Below are positions 13,851 to 28,200 of a DNA stretch of 64,000 nucleotides, one piece after another (positions within the stretch are counted from its first letter, which is position 1; each line of letters opens with the position of its first letter). The translations under genes were made by a program, and so were the position numbers. This DNA is from Mobula hypostoma (lineage: Eukaryota), in NCBI RefSeq assembly GCF_963921235.1, contig NC_086097.1:183522001-183586000 (forward strand), given 5' to 3'. The notes below the pieces were generated by a model. It searched no databases. It saw only the letters and a list, made by a program, of their open reading frames with translations, and was not told the DNA's origin.

Positions 13851-14815
13851 TCTCATGTCTTTTGGACTCTGTTCCTCAAAGGACAATGGAAGCAGCACCT
13901 TTGAATCTTTTTAACAGAGTTAGAAACTTGCTATGCGAGAGGGTGAAAGTTTACTCTAAATAGATGGCAATGCAATCAATGCAATGTTGCAATCAAATGG
14001 GCCATTACCTTATTGAATGTTGGAACAGGCCTAAGGGTCTTTGTGATCTACTATTATTCCTAATTTGTATGTTCTTATAATACACTAGCACATCATCTTT
14101 CACTGCAAGGATCCACAGAAAGAGCCCTTGACGCGCTAAACTCTGGTCCCAATGGATTTGATAACAGATCTTTCCCACTGCATGGTAATAAGGTTTGCAG
14201 GGTTGAGCCTCACATTGGCATGTGATGGGTGCTTTCCATGTTTCTCTGTTCATGAAGCCCACACTGCAAGCCTTATTAAAATCAGGGATGCGCTGTTAAC
14301 AATACCAATGAAGTTACAGATAAGAGGCATTATCTAACCTGTCCAAAAATAGGCACTTTGCAAGAATATGCTAAAAATATGAAATAGAGCTCTTTACAAG
14401 TTTCTGAAGGCGGCAGGCATTGCAAACCTGAGCACTCACTCTAAACCTTTACACTCATTCATTCTGACTGGTTCATTACAGGGAAAATTGAGATCATTGA
14501 CAGCCCCAGCAAATAAGCCATCAGTCATGTCTCAGCTACATTTGTTTGCTATGGGCTGGAAGATGCAGTACGCATCTTTTATGGAAGTGTGGGAGAACCC
14601 AGAAGCATAAAGTTCAAGTGTTGACTTGTACAGCCCATTGGTAAAACCTGACCGTCAGGCAGGTCAACTTGACAATAACACAAGTTCCAGCAAATTAACC
14701 AATGCCTTTCACCAACTGTTGCAAAACCGGATTCTTGCGGCCCTGTTGTTCAGTTATATTGAGAAAATAGAAGCTCTCTCCATAGTCCCACTGTGTTGTG
14801 TACAATCTTCCTTAC

Positions 14816-14897
14816 TCCAGCTAAGATCTGTGAATAATAGCTTGTTGTTGATGCAGGTGCCACCGATGGGGCCTCTCCTTCCATTCCTGTCCCAAGT
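14816..14897 (-). other. Candidate internal exon (82 nt)
   Basis: AG acceptor at 14898-14899, donor GGA|GTAAGG; keeps frame between the 15528-15570 and 10833-10919 candidates. Splice sites only moderate. Confidence 0.2.
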
Positions 14898-15527
14898 CTA
14901 AACCAGCATAGGTAGTCCTAGGTTGATATGCTGAAAACACTCTAACAATTAAGTACTTTGGAAGTAATTATAAGCTATACACACCCAATTTCTGAGGTTG
15001 AGTTGGATCCTAATTGTTTAGAAAAACTTAAACTTGAAGGTGGCTCACCTTGCTGCCAGCTTCCTCTGGTTTTAATGGAGTTGGGGTGCAAAGGGCATGG
15101 GTGATTACTCACTTAAAACATCTTGATTACTATTTTAAACATTGTTAAGACTTGATAGTTTTTATTCCTTTCAGTCTTAATGCTGGCTAGATGGATATGA
15201 AGACTGATAGTTGGAAGTTGTGCTTTCTACCATTGTTGGCTAGTCAGGAGTTGCGGGGTGCAGGAATATTTTTTTCTCAGTTCTCCAAGTTAACTTGCTT
15301 CCCTCCTACACTTAGAACAACTGTTCCTCTTCCCAGACAATTGGAGTTTCACAAATGAACCTTTCAATGATATTCTCCACAATCACCAAACCACACTCAA
15401 CAGTGAACACCAAACAGTCTAATCTCCTTGAACTGTCTTTCCTCGACTCGCTCTCTGACAGTTGAAACTATGATGAATCAACCCCCTGTCGTCCTCACAA
15501 ACTATTTCCTGAGAAATGGAAACTTAC

Positions 15528-15570
15528 CTGTCATCAGCTGCTGTGTTCTCCCTGCAGAGGCTGGTTTTAT
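15528..15570 (-). other. Candidate internal exon (43 nt)
   Basis: Minus strand: T-rich tract ttttacattttactttttttttataaattccAG and donor CAG|GTAAGT. Confidence 0.4.
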
Positions 15571-15834
15571 CTGGAATTTATAAAAAAAAAAGTAAAATGT
15601 AAAAAAAACTGGATTCCCAATCAGACTTCCTTCACACATTCTCATCTCTATACTTATCCCCTATCCTGTTAGGATATTCTTTTTTCAAAACTTGCTTCAT
15701 AGAAAGTGCCTGCAAGTTAACCTAAAAATGCTTTCTAAATGCCAGTTACAAAAGGAAGATATTTGCCTGTGACTATGTGTAGGTATAGATGTCTGCTCAA
15801 AAGTTCAATAAAGATAATCTACAAAAAGAAAATG

Positions 15835-16100
15835 GGTACATCGTAGTGTACAGTCAGTTTAATGCTATTACAGGGCCTGCGACTGCCTGTCGGTTCAATT
15901 CCACCACTGTCTGTAAGAAATTTGTATGTTTGCCTCAAGACGACATGGGTTTTCTTTGTGTACTCCTGTTTGCTCCCACATTCCAAAGGCATACAGGTTA
16001 GTAGGATAATTGGTCACGTGGGTGCAATTGGGCTGCAGAGGCTCATTGGGCTGGAAGGGCCTGTTACCATACTTTACCATAATTTAAATAAAGTTAAAAA
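15835..16100 (+). mobile_element. tRNA-derived V-SINE-type SINE (HE1-like), decayed
   Basis: B-box-like GGTTCAATTCC at ~15892, then the V-SINE central motif tgggttttctttgtgtactcctgtttgctcccacattccaaa; A-rich end. Confidence 0.65.
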
Positions 16101-16269
16101 ATAAACCAAATTACATGGATCAGTATTTGATTTAAATAGTCATTTTCAATACTGTCTCAGATGAGCTAGTACCTAGTTATTTTGTGGTATTCTTTCTTGT
16201 CCTAATAAGTATTGTGACCAATCCATCTGAATTTAGGTATATCTTCTAAGAAAATATACATTGCATGTA

Positions 16270-16990
16270 GACAAGACTGCTCTACATCACTGAGACCCAG
16301 TACTGATTGGGAAACCACTTTATTGAGCATTCTCAGTCTGTCTGCTGCCAAAGGCAGGATCCTCCAGTGTCCACCCATTTCAAATGGATTTCCCATTCCC
16401 ATTTTGACAGATCAGCCCATGAGCTCTTCTACTGGCATGATGAAGCCAAATTTAGACTGGGCGAGCAACACCTCATATTCCATCTGGATAGCCTACAACC
16501 TGATGGTATAAACATCAATTTCCCGAGCTTATGGAAATTTCCCCGCTTCCTTTCTTCTCTCTCTTTATCCCTTCCCCATTCTGGTTCCCCTCTCAACCCT
16601 TATGCTCTCCTCAACTCAGGTCCCCTCCTCCTTCCCTTTCTTCTATGGTTAACTTTCCTGTCCTATCAATTCCTCCTTCTTCATCTCTTTATTCCTTCCA
16701 TCTATTTCCATCCAAGCTTCATTCTTTATTCATTCCTCAACTCCATCCACTTACCTTCCCACTCACCTGGTCTCACCTATCACTTGTCAACTTGTACTCC
16801 TTCTCCTCCCTCCCCTGACCATCTTATCCTAGTTTCTGCCCCCATCCTTTCCAGTTCTGGTGATGGGTCTCAGCCCAAAACGTCAACTGTTTATTGCCCT
16901 CCATAGGTGCTGCCTGACTTGCCGAGTTCCTCCAGCATTTTGTTTGTCTTGCTCAAGATTTCCAGTATTTGTATAATCTTTTGTATTCAA
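16270..16990 (+). mobile_element. Penelope-like retroelement 3' part (GIY-YIG endonuclease C-terminus + pseudo-LTR)
   Basis: ORF 16307-16906 begins GNHFIEH...PVSTHF...RLGEQHLIFHLDSLQPDGINI, typical of the PLE endonuclease tail; pyrimidine-rich tract; decayed hammerhead at 16852-16889 (CTGGTGA...AAAA). Confidence 0.85.
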
Positions 16991-19026
16991 GACTACTCTC
17001 TAATGTTTAAACAGTTAATTGGAAAACCCCTAATTATTATAATATAATGGTCACTAATTCAGGAATACATGTTTATTTCACATTCCAAAAATTTTACCTA
17101 TGCTTTTAAAATACAAACGTTTGTAGAAGTTTCAGTGAGGGACAGTAGATAAAAGATGCACCAATGTTCAACTGTCTGTAATTCAATTGTCTGCACATGA
17201 GAAAAAGACCTCCTTAAGCTTATTCTACCATTCATAATGATCATGGCTGGTCTTCTAATTTTGTGCCACAGCCCTATGTGAGTTCCAAATCTTTTGATAT
17301 CAAGGGATACTTCTAAAAAAGGGAATAAAGTTAGGATAAGACATTAAAAGGATACAATATCTCCATTCCCACTTAAAGGTATATCTATCAATTTCCTTAT
17401 CCTCTGAGTCTATGATTTTCCAGGGGATGTAATCATTGGTCAACTAAACCAGAACCAGGTGGAAGCAATGTGTTGCAAGTTAGCTTTTAAAGGCATTTTC
17501 TTCATGACAAGCATAATATACATTGCTGCTGTCTGATTGTCGTGGGAGCATGTATTTAAGGGCTGATACCGTCATTATCGGTGTACAGCAAGTTGTTAAA
17601 AGCTATCCTAAACTGGGTGTGGTCCATTCAGGGTCCCATTTTGGTGCATGTTTTTGTAACTCATCCACTGAAATGGAGTTTCAAAGATTTTTTGGCCAAC
17701 TTTGTTATTTTTGGAGGACCTCAGCCAATTGGTGTGCAGTTCTTGTAGCCTGTGTGGGCAACAGTGGTAGGATGAGTAAACTTACTATAGCATTATGATC
17801 AGAGAATGTGCTTAACTTGTGAGAGAGAAAAGAAACATGTACAGAACTTCTCCAATTAATGAAACAGTTAGATTTGAAAAAAATATCCTTCATCATGAAA
17901 AAATTATGTAGTGCAAAGTAACATGAACCATTTAAATTGTGGAGTGCCATGAATGACGAGAAAAGAAGTCAAAAGCTAGTCAATCTCCCAGTAAGGAAGG
18001 AGTGACTCAAAAGCTGAAATATATATAAAAAATTGAGAACTATAAGTCTATAAATGGGACTTAACCCTATTCATTACCAAATGAAAGAGCACAGGTGCTC
18101 AAGACAGTGCCTCCCCTGCCCAACCTTTTTTAAATTGCTTAAATCACAGACTCTTTCTTGTTAACCTTATCTGAAAATTATTAAATGCCACTGGTTTTCA
18201 TGAATGCCTGAAAGATGCCCTTTAATGATGATATAGGTTGGTATGATACTTCAAAAATTTGCTGATCTTAGCTGGGATAGCACTGAAAAGTTTGAGTATT
18301 GGTTTCAGAATTCCAGAACCTAATCCAGGAGAAATAGAAACATCTAAAGTTTCCTTCATCCCATGCTGCCCTTACCCCTACCATGAGATGGAAAATGAAA
18401 GCCGATCTCCAAAACCTTCAGCTCGTACCCATCTTAAAGTTCTGAGCATCCATTTGCTACCCGATATTTCTCTGTTTCATATCCATTTCTATTCTATTCC
18501 ATCTGAAAATGGGATGTATATCGAGCTTCATGGGTAGGAGTGGTGCAGGCTTGTGCTGTTCTTTGGCGGTTTATAAAATAACTTGTGTCCCGATCCTATT
18601 GGAAGACAATGACTTTATTTTGTAGCATTCTGCATTCAAACTTGCTCAAGAAATACAGATACTAGGACTTATAATCCTTAGCCAAAGATCCCACTCAATA
18701 TTGATCCCAGTATTTTGGCTGTTGAATTGGTCCTTTCTTCCTCTAGTGCATAATTCACCCTCCAAATACCAATTCAGGATCTTCAACTATCCTGCTGATC
18801 ACCTTCCCAATATCCTTGCTCCACCAGTTATTAAACCCCAGCCATTGAGCCTCAGCAATTTTGACAACAAATATTTCCCTGTACCATGTCCCATGTCATT
18901 TCTTCCCAAGCCACTGGACTTCCCTCATTCACCCACCACCATGTCCCAGATAAATACTTACTTGATTTTCCTCATGGGCTCCACAATAAAAGAGTGTGGA
19001 AGGGAAAGGTCTACACAGTCGTACGT

Positions 19027-19510
19027 CAGAATCAGGTTTAATATCACTGGCATATGTTATGAAATTTATTGTTTTGTGGCTACAGTAAATGTGCAATACA
19101 TAATAAACTATGAATTACAATAAGAAATGTATATATATATTTAAATTAAATAAGTAGTGCAAAAAGAGAGCAAAAACATTTGAGGTAGCGTCCATAGGTT
19201 TATTTTCCATTCAGAAATTTGATGGCGGGAGCAACAAACTTTTTGTAACATGCTGAGTGTGTGTCTTCAGACTCCTGTACCTCCTCGTTGATGGTAGCAA
19301 TGAGAAGAGGGCATGACTTGAGTAATGGAGGTCCTTAATGATGGATACAGCTTTTTTGAGATGTTTCCTTTTGTAGATGTCCTCGATGCTGGGGAGGCTA
19401 GTGCCTATGATGGAGGTGGCTGAATTTACAATTTCCTGCAGGTTTTTCTGACCATCATACCGGAGAGTGATGCAACCAGTTAGAATGGTACAACCATGTA
19501 TATCTGTAGA
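19027..19510 (-). mobile_element. Rex1/Babar-type LINE 3' fragment
   Basis: ORF 19211-19564 LKKAVSIIKDLHYSSHALFSLLPSTRRYRSLKTHT; tail cagaatcag at ~19027. Confidence 0.85.
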
Positions 19511-19704
19511 AATCAGCTGGATGCCTTGGGCCCGATGCACTACTGGATTTTGTAGTATCCTCAAACAAAACGTTTACTGGCTTACCACACCCCACCCCAC
19601 TGATATGTAATTACTGGCATTGAAGTTCCATGTCACTACCTTTTTACTATGGATACCAAGACCATCTGTAGCTAAATCCACCTATCCTGGCTGAGATTAT
19701 TTGC

Positions 19705-21630
19705 TTCTAAAAGCCAAAGAGAGGGCATATAATAGAGAAAAAATTTGTGGGAAGCTAGAGGATTGGGAAGCTTTTCAAAACCAATGGAAGGCAAGTAAAA
19801 AAGTCAAAGAAAGAAATGATGGAATACAAAGGTAAACTAGCCAATAATATTAAAAAGGATACCAAAAGTTTCTTCAGGTTATATAGAGTGTAAAAGAGAG
19901 GCAAGAGTGAATATTGGACCACTGGAAAACAATGCTGGAGAGGTAGTAATAGGGGAGAAATGAAATGGCGCATGAACTGAGTAAGTATTTTGCTTCGGTC
20001 TTCACTGTGAAAGACACTAACAGTATGCCAGAAATTCAAGAGTGTCGGGGGCAGAAGTTGCCATTATAGGAAGGTGGTGCTTGGGAAACTGAAAGGTCTG
20101 AAGGTAGATAGGTCACAGGGACCAGATGGTTTTCACCCCAGGGCTTTGAAAGTGGTGGCTGAAGAGATTGTGGAGGCACTAAAAATTATTTTTCAGGAAT
20201 CAATACAACCTGGCATAGTTCCAGAGAAATGGAAAATTGCAAATGTCACTCCACTCTTCAGGAAGGGAGAGAGGCAGGAGAAAGGAAATTATAGGCCAGT
20301 TAGTCTGACCTCAATGGTTGGGAAGATGTTGGAGTCAATTGTTAAGGATGTGGTTTCAGCGTACTTGGAGGCACATGATAAAACAGGTTGAAGTCACCAT
20401 GGTTTCCTCAAGGGAAAATCTTGCCTAACAAATCTGTTGGAACTCTTTGAAGAAATAACAAGCAGGATAGACAATGGAAAATCAATGCATGTTGTGTACT
20501 TGGATTCTCAGAAGGCCTTTGACAAGGTGCCACACGTGAGGCTGCTTAACAAGTTAAAAGCGCATGGTATTATAGGAAAGATACTAGCATGGATAGGGCA
20601 TTGGTTGATTTGCAGGAGGCAAAAAGCGGGGAAAAAGGTGACTTTACAGGTTGGCTACCAGTGACCAGTGTTGTTCCACAAGGGTCTGTGTTAGGACTGC
20701 TTCTTATGTTATATATCAATAGTTTGGATGATGGAATTGATGTCTTTGTGGCCAAGTTTGTGGACAGTTTGAAGATAGGTAGAGGGGCAGGTAGTTGTGA
20801 GAAAGTACCGAGGCTACAGAAGGGACAGATTAGGAGAATGGGCATAGAAGTGGCTGATGGAGTGCAGTGTCTGGAAGTGTATGGTAATGCACATAGGTAG
20901 AAGAAATAAAAGCGTAGACTATTTTTTAAATGGAGAGAAAATTCAAAAATCAGAGGTGCAAAGGCACTTGGGAGTCTTGGTGCAGGATTCCCTAAAGGTT
21001 AATTTACAGGTTGAATTGATGGTGAGGGAGGCAAATGCAATGTTAGCATTAATTTCTGGAGGACTAGAATATAAAAACAAGGAGTGTTATGAGTTTTTTG
21101 AGCCCCTTATGTAAGAAAGGATGTGCTGACATTTGAGAGGGTTGAAAGGAGGTTCACATTAATGATTCGGGATTGATGGGTTTATTATATGCGGAGTGTT
21201 CGAAGGCTCTGGACCTGCACTCACTGGATTTTAGCAGAATGGGGGCGGGTGTATCTCATTGAAATGTATCAAATATTGAAAGGCCTCAATAGAGTGGATG
21301 GGGAGAGGATGTTCCTGTAGTAGGGGAATCTAAGATCAGATGACACAGCCTCAGAATAGACAGACATCCGTTTAGAAAAGAGATGAGGAGGAATTTCATT
21401 ACTCAGAAAGTGGTGAACCTGTGGAATTTCTTGCTGCAGTGTCTCCGGAAGTCAAGCCATTGGTTATATTTGGCAGAGGTTGATAGATTCTTGATTAGTC
21501 AGGACTTGAAGGGTTACTAGAGAAGGCAGGAGATTGGGGCTGAGAGGGAAACGGATTGGCCATGATAAAATGGTGGAGCAGACTCAATGGGCCAAATGTC
21601 CTAATTCTGCTCCTACGCCTTATGATCTAA
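19705..21630 (+). mobile_element. CR1 LINE, 5'-truncated ORF2 + 3' end
   Basis: [59 protein letters not shown]1 tail near 21625. Confidence 0.92.
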
Positions 21631-23249
21631 ACAGGCCAGGGATTAGAAGATATTGGACAGTCTACTATGACATAATATCATAATGTTCGATTGTTTGAAA
21701 GGATCACATAGCCTCGTTTTGTTTCACATGTTCAAATCTAATTGTAAAATATCACATTTAATAAAAAATGTAATAATAAAACTTGGTAAAATTTGATGAA
21801 TGGTCTGAACGATTTAAATATTTTTCCAGTAAACTGCAAGTTTTGCAAGCAGCTGTCTTTGATTTGATCAGACCATATCCGGTTACAAAGAATAAGTTAT
21901 GTATAAGATGTAGTGATGATTGACTAGATGTGTGAAGTTAATCATAGCCATGAAAAAAATGTGTGTTTTGGGTCAATACAGGATGATCTTATCAATTTCT
22001 CAGCAAATGTACTTAGTAGAAATGGTAGCAAATATCTTAAATAATATTACATCTTCCTAGGAAGCAATGAAATATTTAAAATTTATTTAAAGTGATGCTA
22101 GTTATTGAGATATCAGAAATTGTATCATCAATCACTGCTTTTATCTAATACCTACCATAACTCTGAACATATGTCAGCGGCTGACTAATGCTGAGGGAAA
22201 CAGGTCATTTATTTTATAATGTAGAAGATAATTTCCTATTGCACTATCTTCGAGTACCTAAGGCATGACAGTCAACAGCTGCCATGTCTGTGCTTCATTG
22301 TATTTCAATTTTAGGCAAAAAATTTAATTATGTTTAATGTTCCATGTTATGGAGAGTGGTTTTTTTCTCCAGTTAATAACAGACTGTTGTTGTAAGCCCA
22401 GGCAATTTTCTTCATTAGTGTGAAATGAATGCAGTTGTTATGTTATATAGTTCCTGAATAAGTAATGTATCTGTTTTGTAAAGGGGACATTTTATAAGGT
22501 TAAAATACTTAATTTTGCTTCAAGGGTGTGGAGTAATCATCCTTTATTGCTACTGGTGGTTATTTCCTTGTTGCCTGGAGAATTCTTTGTAATTTCATTT
22601 GTACAAAATAGTTTTACATAGTGGATGCTAACAGCATTAAGCCATCATTAACTTTGCAATGTTCAGTAACTTTTTGCACAAACACAGGCATTCATAAAGC
22701 TGGTTGCTTCATTCACTGAGAAAAATACAAAAAATAGTTTCACGTAACCCCTTTGTATTTAGCAAATTCTGTTTTTGCCTATTATTTGTCTTATATAATT
22801 TTTATGATCAAACACTGTTTTTAGCTTGGTAATTCTTGTTGCTGATAGTTATCTCCGATGGTAATAATCTTGAAGTTAAAAAAAAAACTAATTATTTGTT
22901 CCAAGTTGCACACAGTCTTGACTGGGAAAATCGTATATTGCTGTCCCTTCATTATTGATAGTTTAAACTACTAGACCGACTATGAAACAACATTGATTAC
23001 CTTCACCAGAAGGGCCATAGCAGTTCAGAAAGGCAGCTCAGCAGCATCTTCTAAAGGGCAATTAGTGATGGACATTAAATGTTGGCCTTGCCAGTGACAT
23101 TCACATCCTAATAACTGAATACATAATTTTTCTTATTAGATATTGTGTATTGTAGATTTGAACAAAGTGATTGCAGTGTACGTTAAAAGGTGGCGGTCTT
23201 GATTGCAATTCACTGTTTTGTGTTTAAAATTTCGTTTAATCCTTTGCTG

Positions 23250-24310
23250 AATCCGAGAGCAATACAGCACAGGTACAGGCCCTTTGGCCCAATGAGTCCA
23301 TGTCCACTTAGCTAGGTTTGATTTCCTGCATTTGTCCTATATTACTCCATGTACCTATTCAAGTGCTTCTTAAATTATACCTGCCTCAACATCTTCCTCT
23401 GCCAGCTAATCCCATATAGTCATTACTCATTGCAAGAAAAAGTTGACCCTGATGTCCTTTTAAAATCTTTTCCCTCTCAGCCGTAATCATTTTGGACTTC
23501 CCTACCATGGGGAAAGGACTGTTACCATCTATGGCTCTCATAATTCTATGCAGTTAAATAAGGTCATCCATCATTCTCTTACATTCCAAATAAAGACCTA
23601 ATCTAGCCAACCTCTCCTTATAACTCAGGCCACCTGGACCTGGCAATATTCTTGGAAATCTTCTCTGCACCCTTTCCAGAATAAGCACATTTCCTACATT
23701 TCCCAAGTGACCAAGATTGCACTAAATATGGCAATAACTTATTCAATTGCTACATCATATCCCAACTCCTATGCTCAGTGTCCTGACTGAAGGCCAGCAT
23801 GTTAAATGCCTTTTTCACCTCCCAGTCTACCAGTGATACCACTTTCATGCGTACCACTCAGTGACTCTGTTCCAGGTCTGTAATATTCATATATTCCTCA
23901 ATGATTCTAGGTCTCCAACATTCATATACTCCTTTGACTCTGTTCCATTACACTGTCTTGGTCTCTAACATTCATACACTCCTTGGTCACCCTGTTCCAT
24001 TATACTCTCTAGGTCTGTAACATTCATTGTACAAGTCATATGTTGGTCTGACTTTTCACATCTAGCTAGAATATGTCCCACTAGCCACTGTCTTCTGACT
24101 TCCATGGGCAAGTCAATTCTGAATCCAAATGGCCAAATACACCCATGTTCCCATGAAGCAATCTTCTGGATTAAGATTGCATGTTACCAAAATCCATATA
24201 GACAACATCCACAGCTTTATCTTCATTATCTTTTCAAAAAGCTCAGTCAATTTAGTAGGACATTATTTGCCTAAAACAAAACCATTCTGACTATACCTAA
24301 TTTGGTCATA
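23250..24310 (-). mobile_element. Old CR1 LINE fragment with an internal tandem duplication
   Basis: CR1 3' end (acaggccctttggccc) at ~23275; aatccatatagacaacatccacagc at ~24190 is the antisense of DVVYMDF. Confidence 0.75.
23875..24027. repeat. Degenerate tandem repeat, 35-52 bp units
   Basis: Four units, each starting ggtct(g/c)(t/c)aa(c/t)attcat. Confidence 0.7.
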
Positions 24311-25067
24311 GTTGTTATGTTACCTCTGGATTTTTTCTGATGAATAGTTTGGCAAATGATCTGCCATTGTATAGATTTCTGATATCTTTGGAATAGTTTG
24401 CTTGTGTGACCTTTCAGAATGCTCAGTAATAAATTACCTCTTACCAATATAATTTTTCTGCCAACAATCTTTAGTCTGAAGAGTTTCCAGACTCCTCTTC
24501 TGTCTCTGATGCTGTTTTTTCACTTAACTGGTTCTCTTATTCATGGCATGATAAAATCATTGAAATAATATGACACAAGAGCTCTCCCATCCTGTCACAT
24601 TAGTGCCAATAACAACTCTGCAACGGGAGATAAACCAGCCACCTTCCTCTCTGTCCCAATCCTGTTAATTTTGCTTTGTTCTTTTTAATAACTTTCCATT
24701 TCCCTTTTAAATTTCGCTTTGGCTCATTGTGGTCTCAAGGACTAGATGGTTTCTATTCTGGTTTTAAAGGAAATGGGCGAGAGCACAGTTAATACCGTTT
24801 GTATAATCTTCCCAAGTCTTGGCTCAGTCTCAGGACAGGAAAATTCATGTCACGTTACTGTTGAGAAAGATGAGAGGGGAAATAGGGAACCATAGATCAG
24901 CTTGCATTATGTATATATTGGGATATTAGAAGAGTCTACAATTACGAATGACTTCTGAATACACTGCAGAACTGCACAAACGTTCCCAGTACTATGACAG
25001 ATTTTCTGATGCATTAAGGGACAGGCTTGTATGTGGTATGCATAGTCAATGACTCAAAAGAGGCTAC

Positions 25068-25207
25068 AAACAAGAGAAAATCTGCAGATACTGGAGGTCC
25101 GAGCAACATACACAGAAATGCTGGAGGAACTCAGCAGTCCAGTGTAGTCTTTTTTTCCGTAGATGCTGCCTACCCTGCTGAATTCCTTCAGTGTTTTGTG
25201 TGTATTG
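25068..25207. mobile_element. Short inverted Penelope pseudo-LTR insertion in Gypsy gag
   Basis: Internal inverted repeat (cacagaaatgctggaggaactcagcag / ctgctgaattccttcagtgttttgtg); 13-bp TSD caaaagaggc(t/c)ac at 25055-25067 and 25208-25220. Confidence 0.85.
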
Positions 25208-28200
25208 CAAAAGAGGCCACTATCTGAAAGAGACCTAACCGTTAACCGTTGCAATGTCATTATAGATTGCAGCAAAGGATGCAACAGAACTACAGAAAAG
25301 GAGGTTAGAATGTGAAATGCAAAAAGCCAAAGATGTTATTGATGTAGTAATCCTGCCATGATGCAAATGACTGTAGGTTCAAAAAAAAGTCTGCAGAGAG
25401 TGTCACAGACAAGGTCAATAGAAAGAATGGCAGACGAAGAGTATAACCAAGGGAAAACTCTCAAGCACAAAACTAAGCAAATGCATAAAGTTACCAAATT
25501 TAAAAACAGAATCAGACAACACAGAGTCTGACAAAGGTGAGCTTTCATGCCTAGAACTGCAAAGTATAACTGAAGCAGATCACAATATAATATGAATCAC
25601 TTTAGATGTGTCTGGTGTAAAACTGAAAATGAAGCTTGATACAGGTCGGCTTTGTCCATAATTCCAGAGGCTGACAACAATTGACTGTTTTCTAAAATAC
25701 TATTAGAGAAGACCTCAGTAATGCTAAATATCTATACGGGGGGTGGGGGGGGGGAGTCTCCCAAAGGCAAACACAACAGTTAGAGCTTTATGTTTTGAAA
25801 AGTGGAGGGCCAGCGCTTTTCGGATGTGAATGATTGAGAAAAATCCAACTAGACTGGCACTCAAAGCTTTCAGTGTGACATCAACAGGCAATGGCAGTCC
25901 AAATGTTAACACTCACCAGAGACTGGCACAGCTGCTTAATGCTAATGAGGTGTTTGAGAAGGGGATTGGTAAACTCAAAGACAAGGAGGCCAGAATTGAA
26001 CTGGATGAATCAGCAACACCTTGATTCCATGAAGCGTCCAGTGCCTTATGCACCATGTCCTAAAGTGGATGCTGAACTGCAGAGCCTAGAGGCATATGGA
26101 ATTCTCTCCAAGGTTGAGTGGAGTGATTGGGCTCTGCCCATTGTCCTGGTGATCAAGAAAGGGAAGGCCATAGCCATTTGCACATGTGGGGATTTCAAGG
26201 TGAGAATCAACCTGATGCTGCAGACTGTGCAGTATCCTCTGCCATGAATAGAAGACATTTTTGCATCTTTGGCAGGTGGGGAGTGGTTTTCAAAGATTGA
26301 CTTGTCACAAACCTATCCGCAAATGGAGAATGAGGAGTCAAGCAGGAAGTTCCTCACACTCAACACTCACAAGGGACTATTCCAGGATAATCATCTTATC
26401 TTTGCAATCGCATCAGCTCCAGCAACTTGGCAAAGGGCAATGGATCAAGTGCTCCAAGATATCCCAGGAACACAACGTACCTTGATGACATCATTGTGAC
26501 TGACAGAAATGATGACGAGCACCTCCAGAACCTTGGTAAAGTGCTTACCAGGCTGAGTGAGTATGGTTTGTGGGCAAAGAGAGAGAAATGTGAGTTTTTC
26601 AAAAATGAAATCTCATATTGTGGACATGTCATTGACAAGCATGGTTTACATAAGTCACAAGAGGAGACTGAAGCAGTACTACGGTCACCCAAATCAGAAA
26701 ATGTGTCACAACTCAGGTCATACTTGGGCCTTATAAACTATCATTACCAGTTTCTCCCAAATATTGCTACAGTGCTGCACCCATTGAACACACTGTTACA
26801 GACAGGAGCAAAGTGGGAATGGTCAGAAAGATGTGAAAAAGCATTCAAGGAAATGAAGATAATAGCATGCGATGAACTGCTCACCTATTATAATCCACTC
26901 TGCCCATCAGACTAGTGTGCAATATGTCCCCTTATGGCACTGGAGCAGTTTTGAAAGATGGATCTGAATGCCTAACTGTGTTTGCTTCAAGAGCACTGAT
27001 GAGCACAGAATGCAACCATGCACAGATTGACCAAGAGGCCCTTAGTCTCGTATAGGGAATAAAGAAGTTCCACCACTACCTCTACAGACAAAAGTTTACA
27101 CTCGTGACAGATCACCAACCCCCTTATGTCTATGTTCAATCCCAGGAAGGGAATTCCAGAGATGACTGCTACCCAGTTACAACGTTGGGTACTATCCCTA
27201 GGAGCCCACTCACATGACATAGTGTTCAAGAATACCAAACAACACAGCAAAGCTGATAGCTTGTTACATCTTTCACTAATGGCGTCTGAAGAGAAGTCTT
27301 CACACTATGACCCAGCAGAAGTGTTCCACGCTGCATTGGTGGACCAGTTGTGGGTAACAAGTTCTGAAGTACAAAGAGAAACAAGAAATGACCCGACATT
27401 ATCAAGTCTATGAAGTCACCATGCAAGGAGGGCAAGCTCATGGTAACTCTATGTTTCCAGGGTTCTCAGCGACACAAGACCAACCGTCAGTATGTCATAG
27501 AATGCTGATGTGTGGATCTTGTGGTGTGGTTCCCTCTAAACTGAGCACCAGGGTATCAGAAAATCTGCATGAAGGACACCTGGGTACAGTCAGGATGAAG
27601 AGTCTCACATGGAGCTACATGTGGTGGCTGGGAATAGATAAATAGATGGAAAACTTGGCCAAAAGTTGTTTGGGATGCCAAGGTGCGCCCCCACAGGCAG
27701 CGTTACACCCGTGGGAGTGGCCGTCATCACCATACCGAAGAGTACATATTGACTTTGCTGGGCCGTTCATGGATTCCATGTTTCTGATTGCTGTGGATGC
27801 TCATTCGAAGTGGCTGGAGGTTATACCAAGGCAGTCAACCACATCAGCAAAGATTGTCTCTGCTCTGAGGACTATCTTCACCAGAAATGGCTTACCAGAA
27901 CAAACTGTGGGTGACAATGGACCACAATACATGTCAAAAGAATTCTGACTGCTCATGATGAAAAATGGCATCAAACATTTCAAGTCAGTTCCTTCCCATC
28001 CATCAATGAATAGATTAGCTGAAAGGTTTATCCAAACCTTCAAGAAGTTCATTAGAGCAACGGACAAGGAAGACATTTCTCTACAGCACAAGGTTGACAA
28101 CTTATTTTTTGTGTATTGGAACTTTGTTCATTCGAGGATAAATCAAAGACCTGCAATGCTGTTCATGAGCAGGAATCTGAGATCTCACATAGACCTCCTG

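Noticed and set aside
16307..16906. 199-aa ORF as a membrane protein
   Set aside because: The N-terminus is Penelope endonuclease; the hydrophobic part is a translated pyrimidine-rich tract.
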